Part shown: positions 59,817-64,000 of the stretch, in pieces
Layout of the letters: each line of letters starts with the position of its first letter
How positions within the stretch are numbered: the stretch's first letter is position 1
The notes under the pieces: generated by a model
Told to the model about the DNA's origin: nothing
What the model saw: only the letters and a program-made list of their open reading frames with translations
Database searches by the model: none
Source of the DNA: Candidatus Aenigmatarchaeota archaeon
Lineage (GTDB): Archaea > Aenigmatarchaeota > Aenigmatarchaeia > GW2011-AR5
NCBI GenBank assembly: GCA_016198685.1
Contig: JACQID010000006.1
Span: 1 to 64,000, forward strand
DNA length: 64,000 nucleotides
Direction of reading: 5' to 3'
Translations under genes and position numbers: made by a program

Positions 59817-60248
59817 TTACTCGAAGGCTCTCTTGAATCCGGCATATGAAACGGGATCCGTTTCGCCCGCCGGTATAATGCCTTTTCTCTCAAGAATTTC
59901 CAGTGTGCACGCTTCTATGACTTCGTAAACAGCGAGCGCTTTGCCGAGGTCGAACGTTGACCGTCGCGCCCCATTCTCATCGTAACTCGCCATGGCATTG
60001 TGGATGGCATCGGGGGAATTCGCCCATAGCACCATGTCCATACAGGGGATGTAAAGAACGCCGCTTCCTTCCACATGGATATAATCGTTCCCAGACCACT
60101 TGTGGCTTCTGCGGTGCCTGATCCTGCCGCGTGCATCGCGCTTAATAATATCGTACTGGCCGTCCGCGTAGTCGACTTCAAGTATGTAATACCCATCGGC
60201 CGCATCTCTGCTGGGCACAATGAAAGCCGAAACATGCTTCTCCGCCAT
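59817..60248 (-). CDS. orphan protein, paralog of 59088..59681
   Basis: Same motifs. Start set at MAEKHV to avoid overlap with the MATE gene. Confidence 0.55.
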   Translation of the reverse strand: MAEKHVSAFIVPSRDAADGYYILEVDYADGQYDIIKRDARGRIRHRRSHKWSGNDYIHVEGSGVLYIPCMDMVLWANSPDAIHNAMASYDENGARRSTFDLGKALAVYEVIEACTLEILERKGIIPAGETDPVSYAGFKRAFE

Positions 60249-60277
60249 CCGTTCATTATATGCGAAAACGATAAAAA

Positions 60278-61645
60278 TCATACATGCTCTTCTATCAGGC
60301 GTTTGTGCTTCCACGTGCCCCGGAAGAACCAAGCAACAGCTATCATAGCGCCAATAATTGTCGAGACGGGGAACGCCCACCATATGCCTTCAAAGGATAG
60401 TGACGTATGATAAGCAAGTATGTAAGCTAACGGGAATCGCATTAACCATAAAACAGTCAGAGTAATCACCATAGACCGGAATGTGTGGCCCGATCCTTTG
60501 AATGCGCCGATAATTACTTCCAGAATCGCAATAAAACCGAAACTCAAAGCCGTGGCATTGAGGAAATGCGCTGCCATGGAAACAACAGACTGATCTTCTA
60601 TGAACAGTGCGGCTATGGGAACTGAAAATACGAACATCAGAATGCCAATAAGTGTCAGGACAGAAAATCCGGTTATCATGCCGATCTTCGCCGCACTTTC
60701 GGCGCGCTCAGGCTTGCCGGCTCCCATGTTCTGGCCGACAAGGGTGGATGTGGCCATCCCTAACCCGACTGCGGGTATGATTATCATGGAAAGTATGCGT
60801 GTTCCTATCCCGTAGGCTGCCGTGATATCTGTGCCAAAGGGCGTCACCAGGAAAAGCATGACCATGAAGCTGAGGGATATTGAACCGAGTTCAATTGAAG
60901 AAGGTGCGCCAAGCTTGGTCAGTTTAACCAAGGTTTCAATGTGAGGCGTCATGCAAGAGAGCTTAAGATGGATTCCGCTCTTTCCTCGAAGAAGGATTGC
61001 AAGCCCTATTATCGCTCCTATTGCCTGCGAGATCACTGTGGCTATGGCGGCGCCTGCCACGCCCATTGCCGGTACAGGGCCATAACCAAATATGAATAAC
61101 GGATCAAGCACAAGATTCAGGAATATGGAAACTACGACAACATAAAGCGGGGTCGTGACGTTTCCGGTTGCGCGAAGCAGGGACTGAAAAACAAAATAGA
61201 AGAACACGAACGGAAGGCCTGTGAATGTTATGCTAAGATAATCTGATGCCATGGTAAATACGGATTCTTCAAGCGACATGAATCCCAACAGCCCAGGCGA
61301 AAGGGCATAACCGAGTACCGCAAGGACAATGGACAACAAGATAACGCTTGAAACGGTCTGAGAAGCTATGAAATCCGACTTCTCATGGTCTTTGCGCCCC
61401 TTGTACTGGGACACAAGTATGGTTCCGGCGACAGATATTCCCATGCCAAGCATTATCATGAGGAACATAGGCGGAAAGCTGAGCGAAACTGCGGCGACAG
61501 CGGCAGCGCCGAGCTTGCCGACCCAGAACATGTCTATGACATTATACAAGCCTTGCAAGAAACTGCTGAATATTATGGGCAGAGACAGAAAAACCATGGC
61601 TTTGAGCAGGTTTCCGTCTGTGATCTCATTGTGCATTTTATTCAT
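60278..61645 (-). CDS. MATE family efflux transporter
   Basis: PII....LQ..YN.ID..WVGKLG..AVAAV, LN..LDPLFIFG, GVAGAAIATV. Confidence 0.93.
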   Translation of the reverse strand: MNKMHNEITDGNLLKAMVFLSLPIIFSSFLQGLYNVIDMFWVGKLGAAAVAAVSLSFPPMFLMIMLGMGISVAGTILVSQYKGRKDHEKSDFIASQTVSSVILLSIVLAVLGYALSPGLLGFMSLEESVFTMASDYLSITFTGLPFVFFYFVFQSLLRATGNVTTPLYVVVVSIFLNLVLDPLFIFGYGPVPAMGVAGAAIATVISQAIGAIIGLAILLRGKSGIHLKLSCMTPHIETLVKLTKLGAPSSIELGSISLSFMVMLFLVTPFGTDITAAYGIGTRILSMIIIPAVGLGMATSTLVGQNMGAGKPERAESAAKIGMITGFSVLTLIGILMFVFSVPIAALFIEDQSVVSMAAHFLNATALSFGFIAILEVIIGAFKGSGHTFRSMVITLTVLWLMRFPLAYILAYHTSLSFEGIWWAFPVSTIIGAMIAVAWFFRGTWKHKRLIEEHV

Positions 61646-61678
61646 TATCTCAAAATTCTCCGGAAGCCTTTTAAGGCG

Positions 61679-62488
61679 TTAGAAAGCCGCTTCAAGCCAT
61701 GCCGCGCTGATTATCAGGATTTGCGCCAGCGCAAGGAGTTTAATGGAATCCATGAAGATTTTCTTGAACCTCAAGCTCCCTATGCGTTCGCGCGCTATTC
61801 CTACGGATAAAATCCCGCCTGCTATGCCTGCAATGAAATATGCAAGTATCTCAGGCACCCCGTGCAGCGCTATCGAAAAGAGACCGGACTGCACGCCGTA
61901 GAAGAATGCTGTCGCCGAATCAACTCCGGCAGATGTGAATGCGCGCGCTATCATGCCGAGATAAACTCCAATCACTGAAGCATTCCACGCGAGTATGAGA
62001 ACGGCGCCGGCGCCGAAGATTGTAGATAATATGAACATGAGCAGCATGACCTGCGTGTTGTTGGCCATGAGCAAAAGCATCGTTCCCATGTCAGTGACCC
62101 TGCCTGTTGCGAAGGACTGCAGAGTTGACGTTTGCAGTGTGAACACGCCGTCATACTGCGGGAAGAAATAGTAGCTTACTGTTATTGCGAGAGTAGTTCC
62201 GATGAAGAACAATGAAAACGCCTTTATCGTGGCTTCGTGCCTTAGGAAAACGTTGTCCTTCAGCTTCTTGAGCGAAAGAATCTCCGAAACTTCGTCCTGC
62301 TCGAAAAGCTTCTGAAAGAAGGGTATGAATATTATCGTTATCAGCGCCACCGCAAGCATGGATGACTGGGCGGGAAACAGGTGATGCGAAAATGATATGG
62401 CTACAATGGAATATACGAAAGACAGAACAAGTATCTTGAGGGGCCGGTTTTTCACATTCTTAGGCACAAGAACAGCTTCGAGAACCAT
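61679..62488 (-). CDS. SpoIIM-like membrane protein
   Basis: NN.QV, WNA..IG, LHG.PEI.AY..AG..GG, AA.LEA. Confidence 0.8.
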   Translation of the reverse strand: MVLEAVLVPKNVKNRPLKILVLSFVYSIVAISFSHHLFPAQSSMLAVALITIIFIPFFQKLFEQDEVSEILSLKKLKDNVFLRHEATIKAFSLFFIGTTLAITVSYYFFPQYDGVFTLQTSTLQSFATGRVTDMGTMLLLMANNTQVMLLMFILSTIFGAGAVLILAWNASVIGVYLGMIARAFTSAGVDSATAFFYGVQSGLFSIALHGVPEILAYFIAGIAGGILSVGIARERIGSLRFKKIFMDSIKLLALAQILIISAAWLEAAF

Positions 62489-62582
62489 TCTAATTATTTG
62501 ACGTGAAGGGTAAATAAGGTTTCATTATAATATGCCTCCGTGCGATACCGTTAAAAACCTTTACGCGCCTTAGGTTATTGGT

Positions 62583-64000
<1,418 letters not shown>

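Overview
This is archaeal chromosomal DNA. It encodes an archaeal histone, RadA, RPA, DnaG, Hjc and the archaeal HMG-CoA synthase/thiolase pair. The many short orphan genes and patchy metabolism suggest a DPANN lineage; this is an inference, not a computed placement. Layout: (i) 0-9.3 kb, information-processing genes ending in an ExeA-like AAA+ ATPase with a C-terminal wHTH. Beside it are about 35 exact TTCAC/GTGAA pentamers phased at 10-11 bp in two arrays, a small wHTH gene and a third satellite array. This is the strongest unexplained signal and could be a centromere-like or origin-like protein-binding lattice. (ii) 9.3-12.8 kb, a stress cluster with Ni-superoxide dismutase (sodN), its protease (sodX), PfpI and a VOC protein. 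(iii) 12.8-25 kb, sugar kinase, beta-propeller, CuA cupredoxin, nucleotidyltransferase and purN-like/purQ/purL/purM. (iv) 25-47 kb, an accessory/defence region: two toxin-antitoxin-like pairs, a type I RM operon with an embedded HEPN gene and a 2-TM gene, a PLD nuclease, a ParB-like/Dam-like pair, an AAA_14 ATPase, RecQ, and a DUF488/dual-OB module separated by a predicted kissing-hairpin element. (v) 47-64 kb, PMM/PGM, dnaG, hjc, mevalonate genes, a Cas4-like solo nuclease, alanine dehydrogenase and a MATE pump. I saw no rRNA, tRNA, CRISPR array, integrase or transposase. All family calls come from motif recognition by eye, with no database search.
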